A stretch of 24,000 nt of DNA from Fervidicoccus fontis Kam940 (GCF_000258425.1 NC_017461.1:874949-898948), one strand, 5' to 3'. Shown: positions 13,708 to 23,829, numbered from the stretch's first letter. Program-made: numbers and translations. Notes: generated from the sequence alone by a model not told the origin.

Positions 13708-14946
13708 ATGTCATCCGAAATAAAAAACATTCCCCCAGTTGCAATTGAAAAGCCTAAATTCAAAGTATGGAATGGAGCTAGAGCGATAGCAGAGGCTGTT
13801 AAGGTTGCTGATGTTGATGTAATTTCCGCTTATCCGATCAGACCTTATACAGGAATAATGAATGCGTTAGCTTCAATGATAGCTAATGGAGAGTTCATTG
13901 CTGATGTTGTGATTGCTGATTCTGAGCACAGTCAATTTGAAATAGTTAAGCATGCTTCAGCCGTAGGAGCGAGGACGTTTGTAGGTAGTAGCGGTGTTGG
14001 ACTGGCTTATGCGGCAGAAGCTATTATAGTAACAGCATTGAGTCAGTTGCCTGTAGTCGGTGCTATAGGGACTAGAGCTTTAGATGATCCAGGGAACTTT
14101 GGAATGGAGTGGAGCGATGTATTAATGTTTAGGGACTATGGGTGGCTTATATCATGGGCTAAAACAGTCCAAGAGGCCCACGATATGACTTTGGTCGCAT
14201 ATAGAGTTGCGGAAGACAAAAGGGTGCTCCTTCCTCATTTTGTAGTGTTGGATGGTGCGGCATTAACTCATGTTGCTACTCCAATTGTGCCTGTGACGAA
14301 AGAACAGGCTACTGACTTTTTGCCCCCATATAAACCTCCATACAGAATTGATCCAATTGATGGACCGGTAACTAAAGCTCAGCACATAGCACCATCACTT
14401 ATAGGACCAGAACAAAGAAAGTTAGTAGACGTCGCTACAAAGAGGGCAAAAGAGGTAATAGTTGAAGCTTGGAAAGACTTTGCTACTTATACAGGAAGAG
14501 AGTACCCTCCATTTATAGAGGCTATTGGAATGGAGGATGCTGACTTCGCCCTCATTGGTATGGGAGCGTATATGAAGGATATAGAAATAGTTGCAAAAAG
14601 AATGAGAGAAAAAGGAGTTAAAATCGGTACTATTAGGCTGAGGTATGTGAGACCATTCCCTGCTGAGGATTTACTAAGAGTCATTGACGGAGTCAAGGCT
14701 GCTGGGGTAATAGAATTCGGCTATTCATTTGGCTCTCCATTTGGAACAGGTTCACTATATCACGAAATAGCGACATCGCTCTATGAAACGAATACAAGGC
14801 CAGAACTTTTGGACTTCCTTTTCCTAGGAGGAAGAGAACCAAAGGTAGAGCACTTTATGAAAGCTGCTGAAATGATAATCGAGTCGGTTCACAAGAAACC
14901 TCAGAAGAAAGCTTATTGGCTCACGCTCAGAGGTGAAGATATATGA
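13708..14946 (+). CDS. 2-oxoacid:ferredoxin oxidoreductase, alpha subunit
   Basis: N-terminus NGARAIAEAVKVADVDVISAYPIRPYTGIM matches the alpha-subunit pattern (GNEA..A.....YPITP..EI). A perfect SD GAGGTGAT lies upstream of the ATG. 412 aa. Confidence 0.85.
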   Translation: MSSEIKNIPPVAIEKPKFKVWNGARAIAEAVKVADVDVISAYPIRPYTGIMNALASMIANGEFIADVVIADSEHSQFEIVKHASAVGARTFVGSSGVGLAYAAEAIIVTALSQLPVVGAIGTRALDDPGNFGMEWSDVLMFRDYGWLISWAKTVQEAHDMTLVAYRVAEDKRVLLPHFVVLDGAALTHVATPIVPVTKEQATDFLPPYKPPYRIDPIDGPVTKAQHIAPSLIGPEQRKLVDVATKRAKEVIVEAWKDFATYTGREYPPFIEAIGMEDADFALIGMGAYMKDIEIVAKRMREKGVKIGTIRLRYVRPFPAEDLLRVIDGVKAAGVIEFGYSFGSPFGTGSLYHEIATSLYETNTRPELLDFLFLGGREPKVEHFMKAAEMIIESVHKKPQKKAYWLTLRGEDI

Positions 14947-15902
14947 TCATGCAATCAGAATTTAAGAGTTTGAGAGAAATTCCTCCTATTGACTACTATA
15001 CAGCAGGGAGGAGGACATGTGCAGGCTGCGGGCCTGCAATAGGATATAGGCTTATATCTAAAGCTGCAGGTCCGAATACGATATTCATAGGACCAACGGG
15101 ATGTATGTACGTAGCAAATGCTCATCAATTTCTAACATCGCCATATTCAGTTCCGTGGCACCATACTCAGCTTGGAGGGGGAGGAGCAGCTGCTATAGGC
15201 ATTGCTTCTGCGCTAAGGACACTGATGTTAAAAGGCAAAAGGAAGCCCGAAGATATCAATGTGATAGTAATGGGCGGAGACGGAGCAATGGCAGATATAG
15301 GGCTTTCAGGATTGTCTATGGGATTATCTTATGATTATCAAAGATTGCTCTATATTGTATATGATAATGAGGGATATATGAACACAGGTGTACAAGCTTC
15401 AAGCACAACACCTTGGGGAGCTACAACCACATTTACTCCATCAGGTAAGGTAAAGCCTCTAGGAAACACCAGATATAAAAAGAACGTGGCTTTAATTGCA
15501 GCATCTCATCCAAATGTAAAATACGTAGCAACAGCGACTCTATGGCCACCTCTTGACTTAATGAATAAGGTAGTTAGAGCTCTAAATTCAGGAGGACCAT
15601 CTGTAATACACGCTCTGTTTCCGTGTCCTAAAGGATGGTTCACATCTCCAGCTGATACGGTCATGCTTTCAAAACTTGCAGTTGAAACCGGCATGTGGGT
15701 GCTTTGGGAGCTGATAGAAGGACAATTTAAGCTGAATTACAGGCCTAATCCAAGAAAGCACGTCAGGGAGTACTTGTCATTACAGGGAAGATTCAGACAC
15801 TTGAAGGATGAAGATATTGATAAAATGGATAAGATGATCGAAGAGGAATGGTTTTATTGGAACGAATCAGCTAAACAGGAAAAACTAATCCTTCCATATT
15901 AA
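14943..15902 (+). CDS. 2-oxoacid:ferredoxin oxidoreductase, beta (TPP-binding) subunit
   Basis: Cys motif CAGCGPAIGYR...GPTGCMYV and TPP motif GGDGAMADIGLSGLS. The start overlaps the alpha stop (ATGA), indicating translational coupling. Confidence 0.9.
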   Translation: MIMQSEFKSLREIPPIDYYTAGRRTCAGCGPAIGYRLISKAAGPNTIFIGPTGCMYVANAHQFLTSPYSVPWHHTQLGGGGAAAIGIASALRTLMLKGKRKPEDINVIVMGGDGAMADIGLSGLSMGLSYDYQRLLYIVYDNEGYMNTGVQASSTTPWGATTTFTPSGKVKPLGNTRYKKNVALIAASHPNVKYVATATLWPPLDLMNKVVRALNSGGPSVIHALFPCPKGWFTSPADTVMLSKLAVETGMWVLWELIEGQFKLNYRPNPRKHVREYLSLQGRFRHLKDEDIDKMDKMIEEEWFYWNESAKQEKLILPY

Positions 15903-15908
15903 TTTTTT
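15903..15908 (+). terminator. T6 run immediately after the OFOR beta stop codon
   Basis: TAATTTTTTAT read directly at the operon end. Confidence 0.35.
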
Positions 15909-15965
15909 ATAAATCTAAATACAAATATTCTGATGTTCCGATTTCAAAAAATCTTGATGATTAGT

Positions 15966-15971
15966 AAAAAA
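15966..15971 (-). terminator. T6 run (minus strand) immediately after the aminotransferase stop
   Basis: AAAAAA on the + strand equals TTTTTT on the - strand, 2 nt downstream of the stop at 15973-15975. Confidence 0.35.
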
Positions 15972-15972
15972 G

Positions 15973-17241
15973 TTAAATTTTGCTTTTTTTAATTTCCTCC
16001 TTAATTGTTTCTGCAAGCCTGCTTATTCCTTCTCTAATCTTTTCTTCTGAAACATATGTGAAGTTTAGCCTCATAGCATTCTTAACTTCTCTATGTGCAT
16101 AGAACGCCTCTCCTGGCACATATGCAACTCCTTTTGCAACAGCCTTTTCAAACATAAGCTTTGTATCTATTCCTTCTGGCGCTGTTACCCAGATAAACAT
16201 TCCCCCTTCAGGTTTTGTCCATTTAACTCCCTCTGGCATGAAGTCTTCAAGAGCCTTCAGCATAGCATCCCTCCTAGGTTTGTAAAATTCGACTATCTTT
16301 GGTATTTGCTTATCTAGATACCCTCCCTCAATGTATTTCCATGCTATAACCTGGTTAAATGTGCTAGTACATAGGTCGACGCTCTGCTTCGCTATCTCAA
16401 GCTTATTTATAAAGCGAGGATCTCCAGCTATCCACCCAATTCTGAAGCCTGGAGCTAAAACTTTTGAAAGGGTTCCTAAATAAAGAACTCTTCCATCATC
16501 ATCCCATGATTTGATAGGCCTAATAGGGCTACCAGAGTAGCGAAGCTCTCCATAGGGGTTGTCTTCTATGATTATAAAGTCATACTGTGAAGCAAGCTCA
16601 AGAATTTCCTTCCTTCTCTTTTCACTCATAGTTACTCCTGCAGGATTCTGGAATATTGAGATTGTGTAAACAAACTTTACGCTTTTTCCCTGAGACTTAA
16701 GTTCCTTCAGCTTTTCTTCAAGAAGGTCGATGCGAATCCCCTCATCGTCTAGAGGAATTTGAACAAATTCTGGCTTGTAGTATTCGAAAGCCTGAAGAGC
16801 TGAAAGATAGGTTGGAGCTTCTGCTATCACGACATCTCCAGGATTGATAAATACTCTTCCGATTAAATCTAATGCTTGCTGTGATCCGGTTGTTATTATT
16901 AAATTATCTTTAGAAATTTGAATGCTATACTTCTTTTTCATCCACTCAACTATAGCATTTCTTAAAGGAGTGAAGCCATTAGTGGTCCCGTATTGAAGTG
17001 CCTGTGCGGCATGGTTTTTTATTACTTCTTGTGTGATTTCTCCGATTATATCTACAGGAAAGGTTTCAGGAGCTGGCATACCTCCAGCTAGCGAGATTAC
17101 ATTTGAATTTTCTACAAGTTTCAAAAGTTCTCTAGTTTCAGAAGCCTTCATTTCTAGTGCTTTTTTAGAGAAGAATTTTTCATGTTTTAAAGATAAAGCT
17201 TCTGTTTTTTCTATAGACCTTTCTTTCATACTATTACCCAT
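15973..17241 (-). CDS. PLP-dependent class I/II aminotransferase (aromatic / 2-aminoadipate (LysN)-like family)
   Basis: SLAGGMPAPETFP N-terminal motif, NPYGELRY, and PLP-lysine motif LGTLSKVLAPGFRIGW. 422 aa. Confidence 0.9.
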   Translation of the reverse strand: MGNSMKERSIEKTEALSLKHEKFFSKKALEMKASETRELLKLVENSNVISLAGGMPAPETFPVDIIGEITQEVIKNHAAQALQYGTTNGFTPLRNAIVEWMKKKYSIQISKDNLIITTGSQQALDLIGRVFINPGDVVIAEAPTYLSALQAFEYYKPEFVQIPLDDEGIRIDLLEEKLKELKSQGKSVKFVYTISIFQNPAGVTMSEKRRKEILELASQYDFIIIEDNPYGELRYSGSPIRPIKSWDDDGRVLYLGTLSKVLAPGFRIGWIAGDPRFINKLEIAKQSVDLCTSTFNQVIAWKYIEGGYLDKQIPKIVEFYKPRRDAMLKALEDFMPEGVKWTKPEGGMFIWVTAPEGIDTKLMFEKAVAKGVAYVPGEAFYAHREVKNAMRLNFTYVSEEKIREGISRLAETIKEEIKKSKI

Positions 17242-17276
17242 ATATTTATTACGATTGGAACTTTTTTAAAAGTTTT

Positions 17277-17310
17277 CTTTTTGATCTTTTCTTTTTGATT
17301 GCTTTTTGAT
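17277..17310. repeat. Three direct copies of CTTTTTGAT (17277, 17291, 17302) in the divergent aminotransferase/lysS intergenic region
   Basis: Exact 9-mers read directly, spaced 14 and 11 nt apart. T-rich low-complexity context. Confidence 0.5.
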
Positions 17311-17619
17311 TTGTTTATAAATATTTTTTAAGGTTTTATAATTGAGAGTATCGCTTTTAAGATAAAACTCAACATTAAATTTTAGTAATATTGTTTCATG
17401 TTATTAAATTCTCTACTTTAAAGTTTAGGAAATCGTAATGTTGGAAAAGAGCCGAGCTTTATAGCAGAAGATAACTGTAACATAGATCCTATCGTTTTTT
17501 TATTTTAAAAATAAAGTAAAACTTAATTATGTAGAAAAAAGAAAAATAAAAAATCAACACTTCCTATGGAAAGCATATCGTAATTAGACCATAATTATAA
17601 TTATTGGTAGGGAAAGAAG

Positions 17620-19179
17620 ATGGTACAAGAAACTTGGGTAAAAAATCTAGTAGAAAAAATTTCAAAATTAAGAGATTTGGGTTTGGACCCGTATAGGGTC
17701 GCTTATAGGTATGATGTTACGGCATTTTCTGAAGATATAAAGAATAAGTACAGCCATCTTCAGCCTGGTGAGGAGACCAATGATACGGTCTCAGTTGCTG
17801 GAAGAATATGGCATATTAGAAGACACGGAGGCATACTATTTATAGATCTCTATGATCAGATGGGGAGGATACAGATAGTATTGAGGAGGGATACAGTCAA
17901 GCCTCCTAAAGATGCCCTTTTAGATTTGATCGATAAAGGAGATTTCCTTGGAATTAAAGGTAGGATAATAAGAACAAAAGCGGGAGAGATATCAATCCTT
18001 GCAGAAGACTTTGACCTTCTCTCTATCGCATGGAGACCGATACCTTTCCACGAGTTTGGAGTAAAAGATCCTGAACAGAGGTATAGAGAGAGGTACTTGG
18101 ATATACTCCTTAATTCGAAGGTAAGAAAAGCTTTAGTAGATCTGTACAAAATTGAGATGACTATGAGACTTATACTTGATAAGAAAAACTTTGTTGAAGT
18201 CCATACCCCAAAAATACAGCCTATATATGGGGGGGCACTTGCGAAACCCTTCGTAACAAAAATAGAAGCTCTTGACAGGATGGGATATTTAAGCATCGCC
18301 CCGGAGACGTATCTAAAAAGACTAGTTGTGGCTGGATTGCATAGAGTATACGAGATAGCCGTATGCTTTAGAAATGAAGATATAGACGTTACACACTATC
18401 CTGAGTTCATACAACTAGAAGCCTACAAAGCGTTTGGAGACTGGAATGACATTTTAGATTTGACTGAGGAGCTTGTTGCGGAATCTGTTAAAGCAGTATA
18501 CGGAGATTATAAAGTTGAAATAACAAAACCAGATGGGGAAAAAGAAACGCTTGACTTCTCCAGGCCATTTAAGAAAATGACTTTAGAGGAAGCTGTTGAG
18601 ACCTATGGAGGGATAAACATAAAGAACAAAACTCACGAAGAGTTAGTGGAGATAGCAAAGCAGCTTGGAGTAGGAATAGACGACCCCAGAAAAGGGAAGC
18701 TAGTCGAAAACATTTTTGAAAAAGTAGCTGAGAAAAAGCTGAGGAACCCGACATTTATAACACTGTTCCCAAGAGACATTTCTCCGCTTGCTAGACCATA
18801 TAGGGTAGATCCTAATTATGCAGAAAGATTCGAGCTCTACATTGCTGGAATGGAAGTTGGAAACGGATATTCCGAGCTTAACAATCCTATAATACAGTAT
18901 ATGGCATTTAAAGAGGAAGAAGAGTTGAGAAAGAAAGCAGGAAGAGGAACGGAAACGCACCCAATGGACAAGGACTTCATAAGGGCGTTAGAATATGGTC
19001 TGCCTCCAACAGGAGGTACGGGCATCGGATTATACAGACTAATCCAGATACTTTCTGGTCTGCCATCTATAAAAGATGTTATACCATTCACTTACGTAAT
19101 ACCAGACGACTTCCAGACGCTAGCAGAAATAGAACCTAAGCTCATAGAGTTCTATAAAGATTTATATGTTAAAGAATAG
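17620..19179 (+). CDS. lysS: Lysyl-tRNA synthetase, class II
   Basis: OB-fold region VSVAGRIWHIRRHGGILFIDL, LysRS signature QRYRERYLDILLN, motif 2 CFRNEDIDVTHYPEFIQLE, ERFELYIAGMEVGNGYSELNNP, and motif 3 GGTGIGLYRLIQIL. Confidence 0.9.
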   Translation: MVQETWVKNLVEKISKLRDLGLDPYRVAYRYDVTAFSEDIKNKYSHLQPGEETNDTVSVAGRIWHIRRHGGILFIDLYDQMGRIQIVLRRDTVKPPKDALLDLIDKGDFLGIKGRIIRTKAGEISILAEDFDLLSIAWRPIPFHEFGVKDPEQRYRERYLDILLNSKVRKALVDLYKIEMTMRLILDKKNFVEVHTPKIQPIYGGALAKPFVTKIEALDRMGYLSIAPETYLKRLVVAGLHRVYEIAVCFRNEDIDVTHYPEFIQLEAYKAFGDWNDILDLTEELVAESVKAVYGDYKVEITKPDGEKETLDFSRPFKKMTLEEAVETYGGINIKNKTHEELVEIAKQLGVGIDDPRKGKLVENIFEKVAEKKLRNPTFITLFPRDISPLARPYRVDPNYAERFELYIAGMEVGNGYSELNNPIIQYMAFKEEEELRKKAGRGTETHPMDKDFIRALEYGLPPTGGTGIGLYRLIQILSGLPSIKDVIPFTYVIPDDFQTLAEIEPKLIEFYKDLYVKE

Positions 19180-19317
19180 TACAAGATTTTACTTTACACT
19201 TAAATATTTTTCAAAATGATTACGAATTTCGCATAATTTTCAATATATTATTCGCATTTTAAAAATTAATATTAAGCCTATTTTTATAATAGATGTTTCA
19301 AATGCTATGTTTTTGCA

Positions 19318-20778
19318 TTGAATCGGAAGGTGAGGTATTTGGATGACATAAATCCAGAAGAATTTAGTGAGTGGTTTGACACTGTTATTAAAGAAGCAGA
19401 GATTTATGACTATGGAAGATATCCAGTGAAAGGAATGGGTGTATGGATGCCATATGGGTTTGCATTAAGAAAAAATATTATAGAGCTGATAAGAAAAGAG
19501 CACGATTCTAAAGGTCACGAAGAAATCCTACTCCCTCTTCTTATACCTGAGGACTTGCTAATAAAAGAGGAAGAACATATAAGAGGGTTCAGAGATGAAG
19601 TATATTGGGTCACACATGGAGGCCTCGATGAATTAGATGTCAAGCTTGCCCTGAGGCCAACAAGCGAGACTTCTATAAGCTTGATGGAGAGTTACTGGCT
19701 TAATAGTTACAAGCAACTACCGAAGAAATTCTACCAGATAGTAAGCATTTTCAGATATGAGACCAAAGCTACAAGAGCGATGATAAGGCTGAGGGAGGTA
19801 TCGACTTTTAAGGAAGCGCATACTGCTCACTCAACTTTTGAAGATGCAGACAGGCAGGTAAGGGAAGCAATTGAAATATATAGTACAATATTTGACCAGC
19901 TAGGGATCCCATACGTCATATCAAAAAGACCTGATTTTGATAAGTTTGCTGGAGCGCTTTATACAATAGCTTTTGACACAGTTATGCCTGATGGGAAAGT
20001 TCTCCAAGTTGGAACGGTTCACCACTTAGGGCAAAACTTCTCAAAATCGCTTGATGTTAAAGTATTGCAGGAAAATGGAGAAAATGACTATGTGTGGCAG
20101 ACAAGCTATGGATTATCGGATAGAGTAATTGCATCAACCATTTCGATACACGGAGATAAAAGAGGGCTCATTCTTCCATATATTATCGCTCCTATAAAAG
20201 TCGTTATAATACCTATATATTTCAATGATGAGGAGAAAAAAGGCGTCATAGAATATTCGGAAGAGATTAGGAATGAGCTAGAAAATTGTGGAATCAGAAC
20301 TGTTATTGATACTAGAACAGAGCTAACTCCTGGAAAGAAGTTTTATGATTGGGAGCTGAGGGGGGTGCCAATAAGGCTAGAGATAGGAAAAAGGGAGATC
20401 TCTTCTAAAACAGTGGTCATAGTAACAAGGGATGAGCTAAAGAAAAAGAGCATAGCCAGAGAAAAAATCTGTGAAAGTGTCAGGAAGGAAGGAGAAGAGA
20501 TAGATAAGAGATTGAGAGAAAGAGCGAAGAAGAAAATGGAGGAAAAGATATCGAAAGTAGAAAAACTAGAGCTGACTATGGAGTATGGAGAAAGGGTCAG
20601 GGGAATAATAGAGGTTCCTTGGTGTGGTAGCGAGGACTGCGCTTTAAAGATACAGGAAAGAACCGGCATAAGGGTTCTTGGCTCTCCGATAGAAAAGCCC
20701 GAATGGATAAAGGGAAAAACCTGCCCAGTGTGCGGCAGGAATGCAGTTACTTCTTTAAGGCTGGCAAAGACTTACTAA
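19318..20778 (+). CDS. proS: Prolyl-tRNA synthetase (archaeal/eukaryotic type)
   Basis: [32 protein letters not shown], and motif 2 [18 protein letters not shown]. The C-terminal Zn-binding domain is WCGSEDC...CPVCG and ends in Tyr. The start is ambiguous: TTG 19318, GTG 19330 or TTG 19339, with no in-frame ATG nearby. Confidence 0.9.
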   Translation: MNRKVRYLDDINPEEFSEWFDTVIKEAEIYDYGRYPVKGMGVWMPYGFALRKNIIELIRKEHDSKGHEEILLPLLIPEDLLIKEEEHIRGFRDEVYWVTHGGLDELDVKLALRPTSETSISLMESYWLNSYKQLPKKFYQIVSIFRYETKATRAMIRLREVSTFKEAHTAHSTFEDADRQVREAIEIYSTIFDQLGIPYVISKRPDFDKFAGALYTIAFDTVMPDGKVLQVGTVHHLGQNFSKSLDVKVLQENGENDYVWQTSYGLSDRVIASTISIHGDKRGLILPYIIAPIKVVIIPIYFNDEEKKGVIEYSEEIRNELENCGIRTVIDTRTELTPGKKFYDWELRGVPIRLEIGKREISSKTVVIVTRDELKKKSIAREKICESVRKEGEEIDKRLRERAKKKMEEKISKVEKLELTMEYGERVRGIIEVPWCGSEDCALKIQERTGIRVLGSPIEKPEWIKGKTCPVCGRNAVTSLRLAKTY

Positions 20779-20813
20779 ACTAATAAATAAATCTTTATTC
20801 TTCTACTTTTATA

Positions 20814-21062
20814 GTGGTGAGAGATTTTTTGAAGGAAAAATATGAATGCGTTGTTTGCGGAAAGGTCTTTTATGAAGGACAAGGCATAAGAATAAAGAGA
20901 GAAGGCTTGCAACTAGACTTTCATTCATCAAAATGTGCAGCGCTCTTTTTTAAGAGATTAATAGAAGAATCTCCTTCAGCCGAATGCGTTTCAGAAACAG
21001 CAAAAAAATTAATAGATGAGTTTAAAGAGTTAAGAGAAAAAAGATCTAAGAAGCATATATAA
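20814..21062 (+). CDS. TRASH / ribosomal-protein-L24e-like zinc-ribbon mini-protein (CCHC variant)
   Basis: C12-x2-C15-x21-H37-x3-C41 within YECVVCGKVFYEGQGIRIKREGLQLDFHSSKCAALF. This parallels the L24e/TRASH pattern C.FCG..I.PG.G....DG....FCSSKC. The likely true start is TTG at 20829, 7 nt after GGTGAG (20816-20821). Confidence 0.6.
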   Translation: MVRDFLKEKYECVVCGKVFYEGQGIRIKREGLQLDFHSSKCAALFFKRLIEESPSAECVSETAKKLIDEFKELREKRSKKHI

Positions 21063-21078
21063 ATATGAGGAGAGGATA

Positions 21079-21969
21079 ATGGCTAACGAAATATTGGAAA
21101 AGGCAAGGGAGTTTTGCGAGCAAGAGTACGAAGATAGCATGCTATACGCGTATATTGCAAGCAAAGAAAAGGATGAAAATAGGAGGAAGATTTTAGAAGC
21201 GATCGCTAAAGATGAAGAAGGGCATTATAAATTCTGGAAAAAGCTTTACGGAAAAGATTGCAAGACGGAGAGTATTAATTCAAAGATGCTCTTCTTTCTT
21301 TTCTTGCGAAAGCTATTCGGAATAACTTTTACTTTAAAATACTTAGAAAATAAAGAAAAAAAGGCAATTGAAAGCTATAAGAAAATGCTAAGCGAACTCA
21401 AAGGCGAAGATGCTCAAGTGCTTATGAAGATAATTCAAGACGAAGAAATTCATGAGAAGACAGAAATTCAGTCTTTAGATGAGAAGGTTGTTAGATATAT
21501 GAGCTTTATAATATTGGGACTTGCAGATGCCATAGTTGAGATAAACGGGGTTCATGCAGGATTCTTGGGAGTCACCGAATCGACTATTGTTACGGGAATT
21601 GCTGGTATGGTAGTCGGAGTTTCCGCTGCGATTTCAATGGCATCTGCAGCATATTTACAAGCAAAGCATGAAGCTGGAAAGTCTCCAAGGACTTCCGCGC
21701 TCATGACCGGTTTGGCTTACATCTCTGCGGTTTCAGTATTAGCTCTGCCTTACTTTTTAATAAGGAAAATGCTAACTGCATTTTTGGTATCAATATCAAT
21801 CGCAATTTTAATGATCGCAAGTTTCACTTATTATGGTTCTACGCTTCAGGAAAAAGATTTTAAGAGGGAATTTATTGAGTCTACTTTATTAATGCTTGGA
21901 ACAGCTTTTGTGACATATTTCTTTGGCGATCTCTTGGGTACGGCTTTCGGAATAAGAGGGATTCTTTGA
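21079..21969 (+). CDS. Ferritin-like (erythrin) domain fused to a VIT1/CCC1 family iron/manganese transporter (MbfA-like)
   Basis: N-terminal four-helix-bundle-like domain has two ExxH motifs (DEEGHYKFW and QDEEIHEK). The C-terminal membrane domain is RYMSFIILGLADAIVEINGVHAGFLGV plus further TM helices. SD GAGGAG lies upstream of the ATG. Confidence 0.8.
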   Translation: MANEILEKAREFCEQEYEDSMLYAYIASKEKDENRRKILEAIAKDEEGHYKFWKKLYGKDCKTESINSKMLFFLFLRKLFGITFTLKYLENKEKKAIESYKKMLSELKGEDAQVLMKIIQDEEIHEKTEIQSLDEKVVRYMSFIILGLADAIVEINGVHAGFLGVTESTIVTGIAGMVVGVSAAISMASAAYLQAKHEAGKSPRTSALMTGLAYISAVSVLALPYFLIRKMLTAFLVSISIAILMIASFTYYGSTLQEKDFKREFIESTLLMLGTAFVTYFFGDLLGTAFGIRGIL

Positions 21970-22068
21970 TCCGAATCTCGAATGAGTACCGAATAAATCC
22001 CGACTTTTTCCACAGATTGTTCATTTTATTTTTTTTATTTGACATCATGATATGGTGCAGAAGTCTCG

Positions 22069-23328
22069 ATGAAATCGGCTGAAATAGATGCTTTTAAAAG
22101 CGATGCATTAGTCGCACACCACTTCTGGAATACTGCAGGAGGATCTGAGCTTTTAAGCGCCAGCGTTGCCTTAGCTTTTAGCCTTATAGGTTATATGCCA
22201 ACTCTCGTCTCTGTATCTAAGATAGATGACCTTGTTATTAAGAAATCCTTTGGAATTGATCTTTCTTCGTTCCCGAGAACTCATGCTGCAATTAGTATAA
22301 ACAGCTTTGGGCTAATGATGAGAATACTCCTGAGAAGGGAAATAAATAAAGTTATAAAATCTACAGACCCGGAGTTTCTCTTTGTGGACTCTCCGTTCTA
22401 TGATGGTAATAAAGTAAGAAAAAACGGCATAAAGGTTATCGAATATATACATTTTCCAATAGAAGCATATTTTATGAGCTTAAATGATAGAAAAATCAAC
22501 TTAAACGGTGACCCTTACATCAAAGAGAACTATAATGGAATAATAGGTTCACTATATTTTTCGATGTTTGGAAAGATTTCATCAAAATTTAAAAGAGAGA
22601 ATCCTTTCGATAGTGCTCACCTTGTTCTCGTTAATTCAGAGTATGTTGCTAAGATAGTCAGTTCTATATATTCTCAGAAGCCCAAGGTTCTAAATCCTCC
22701 TATTCCTCCAAACAATATTGACCCTTCAGAACTCAAGGATTTTTCATCTAGAGAGAACAGCATCGTGCTACTGGGAAGATTTTCAAGGGAAAAAAGGTAT
22801 CATTGGGTAATAGAAAATATTGTTCCTAAAGTTGTTAATGAAGTTGGTGATTCGAAGTTTTATTTTGTAGGATATTCGAAAGGGAGAAGGTCGGCTTCTT
22901 ATGTAAATGAGCTTGTAAGCATTTTAAACAAACTTAACATAAGCTACTCTTTCGATATTAGAAAAAATGCAAGAGTTTATCTATTAGAGAACCTTGATAA
23001 AGAGATAGTTAACGAAGTGTTGAGGAGATCTAAGGTTCTTCTTCACGCTACTATTAATGAGCACTGGGGCATTTCAATAGCTGAAGGAATGTCATTTGGA
23101 CTTCCAGTTGTTATTCATAAAAGTGGAGGACTATGGAGCGATCTAGCACTAGCAGGAAAAAGCGGAGTTGGATATGAAAATGCAGAAGAAGCAATACAGG
23201 AAATAGTAAAGTTAATAAACGATGAAAAAACATGGAGGCATTATTCCTCAATGTCATTGAGGAGGTCAGATGATCTAAGAATCGAAAAATTTGTCCAACG
23301 TTTCAATGAATATATAAAGAAAATGTAA
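22069..23328 (+). CDS. GT-B fold glycosyltransferase, family 4 (ALG11-like)
   Basis: N-terminus VAHHFWNTAGGSELL and an IEYIHFP motif. C-terminal EX7E motif EHWGISIAEGMSFGLPVVIHKSGG. 419 aa. Confidence 0.85.
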   Translation: MKSAEIDAFKSDALVAHHFWNTAGGSELLSASVALAFSLIGYMPTLVSVSKIDDLVIKKSFGIDLSSFPRTHAAISINSFGLMMRILLRREINKVIKSTDPEFLFVDSPFYDGNKVRKNGIKVIEYIHFPIEAYFMSLNDRKINLNGDPYIKENYNGIIGSLYFSMFGKISSKFKRENPFDSAHLVLVNSEYVAKIVSSIYSQKPKVLNPPIPPNNIDPSELKDFSSRENSIVLLGRFSREKRYHWVIENIVPKVVNEVGDSKFYFVGYSKGRRSASYVNELVSILNKLNISYSFDIRKNARVYLLENLDKEIVNEVLRRSKVLLHATINEHWGISIAEGMSFGLPVVIHKSGGLWSDLALAGKSGVGYENAEEAIQEIVKLINDEKTWRHYSSMSLRRSDDLRIEKFVQRFNEYIKKM

Positions 23329-23447
23329 TCTCCTACCTATATTAAAAAGAAATAACAAATTTCACTAAGCTTAGAAGACTAGATTTTCTCTTGCAATTGT
23401 TATCATAATTGATGCTACAAAAATTTTTCAAATAGAGGTCTAATGGA

Positions 23448-23663
23448 TTGGTAATTAGGAGTTATGCTATATCAATAAAAGCATCAACGGATAGTGTTTT
23501 CGTAAAAATATCAAAAAAGATAGATTCGCCGATCATTTTATATGTTAACAAAGATGATATAAATCAAACATATATGGTTATAATTCATACAAATTTACTA
23601 GAAATTGGAACTGTTTTAAATTTTCTACAAAAAATAAACATGAACGAAAAACGAAAATATTAA
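23448..23663 (+). CDS. Doubtful small ORF (71 aa)
   Basis: TTG start, no SD, and an Ile/Lys/Asn-rich composition expected from AT-rich non-coding DNA. Listed only because it is the sole ORF in a 500-nt gap. Confidence 0.2.
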   Translation: MVIRSYAISIKASTDSVFVKISKKIDSPIILYVNKDDINQTYMVIIHTNLLEIGTVLNFLQKINMNEKRKY

Positions 23664-23829
23664 CCGTTAAAGAATATCGAATATCTAGAGATCGTTATCA
23701 GCCGTAGTCCAAATAAGCAATACTGCAACTATTCCTCCGAGCACCGGACCAAGCGTTCTTAAAAGTATAAGTCCTGGATCGGCATAAAATCGTTTACTTT
23801 ACCTTTCGCATTTATCATATCAAAAAAGT

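Noticed and set aside
15930-15972. CTGATGT and TTGATGA motifs in the OFOR/aminotransferase intergenic spacer, resembling C and C' boxes.
   Set aside because: No D or D' (CTGA) boxes are present at 12-nt spacing on either strand.
21970-22030. Repeated CCGAAT (21972-21977 and 21993-21998) and box-like ATGAGTA/CCGA motifs after the VIT1 gene.
   Set aside because: The box matches are poor. The simplest reading is 3'-UTR sequence ending in a T-run terminator (CTTTTT, and later T8 at about 22030).
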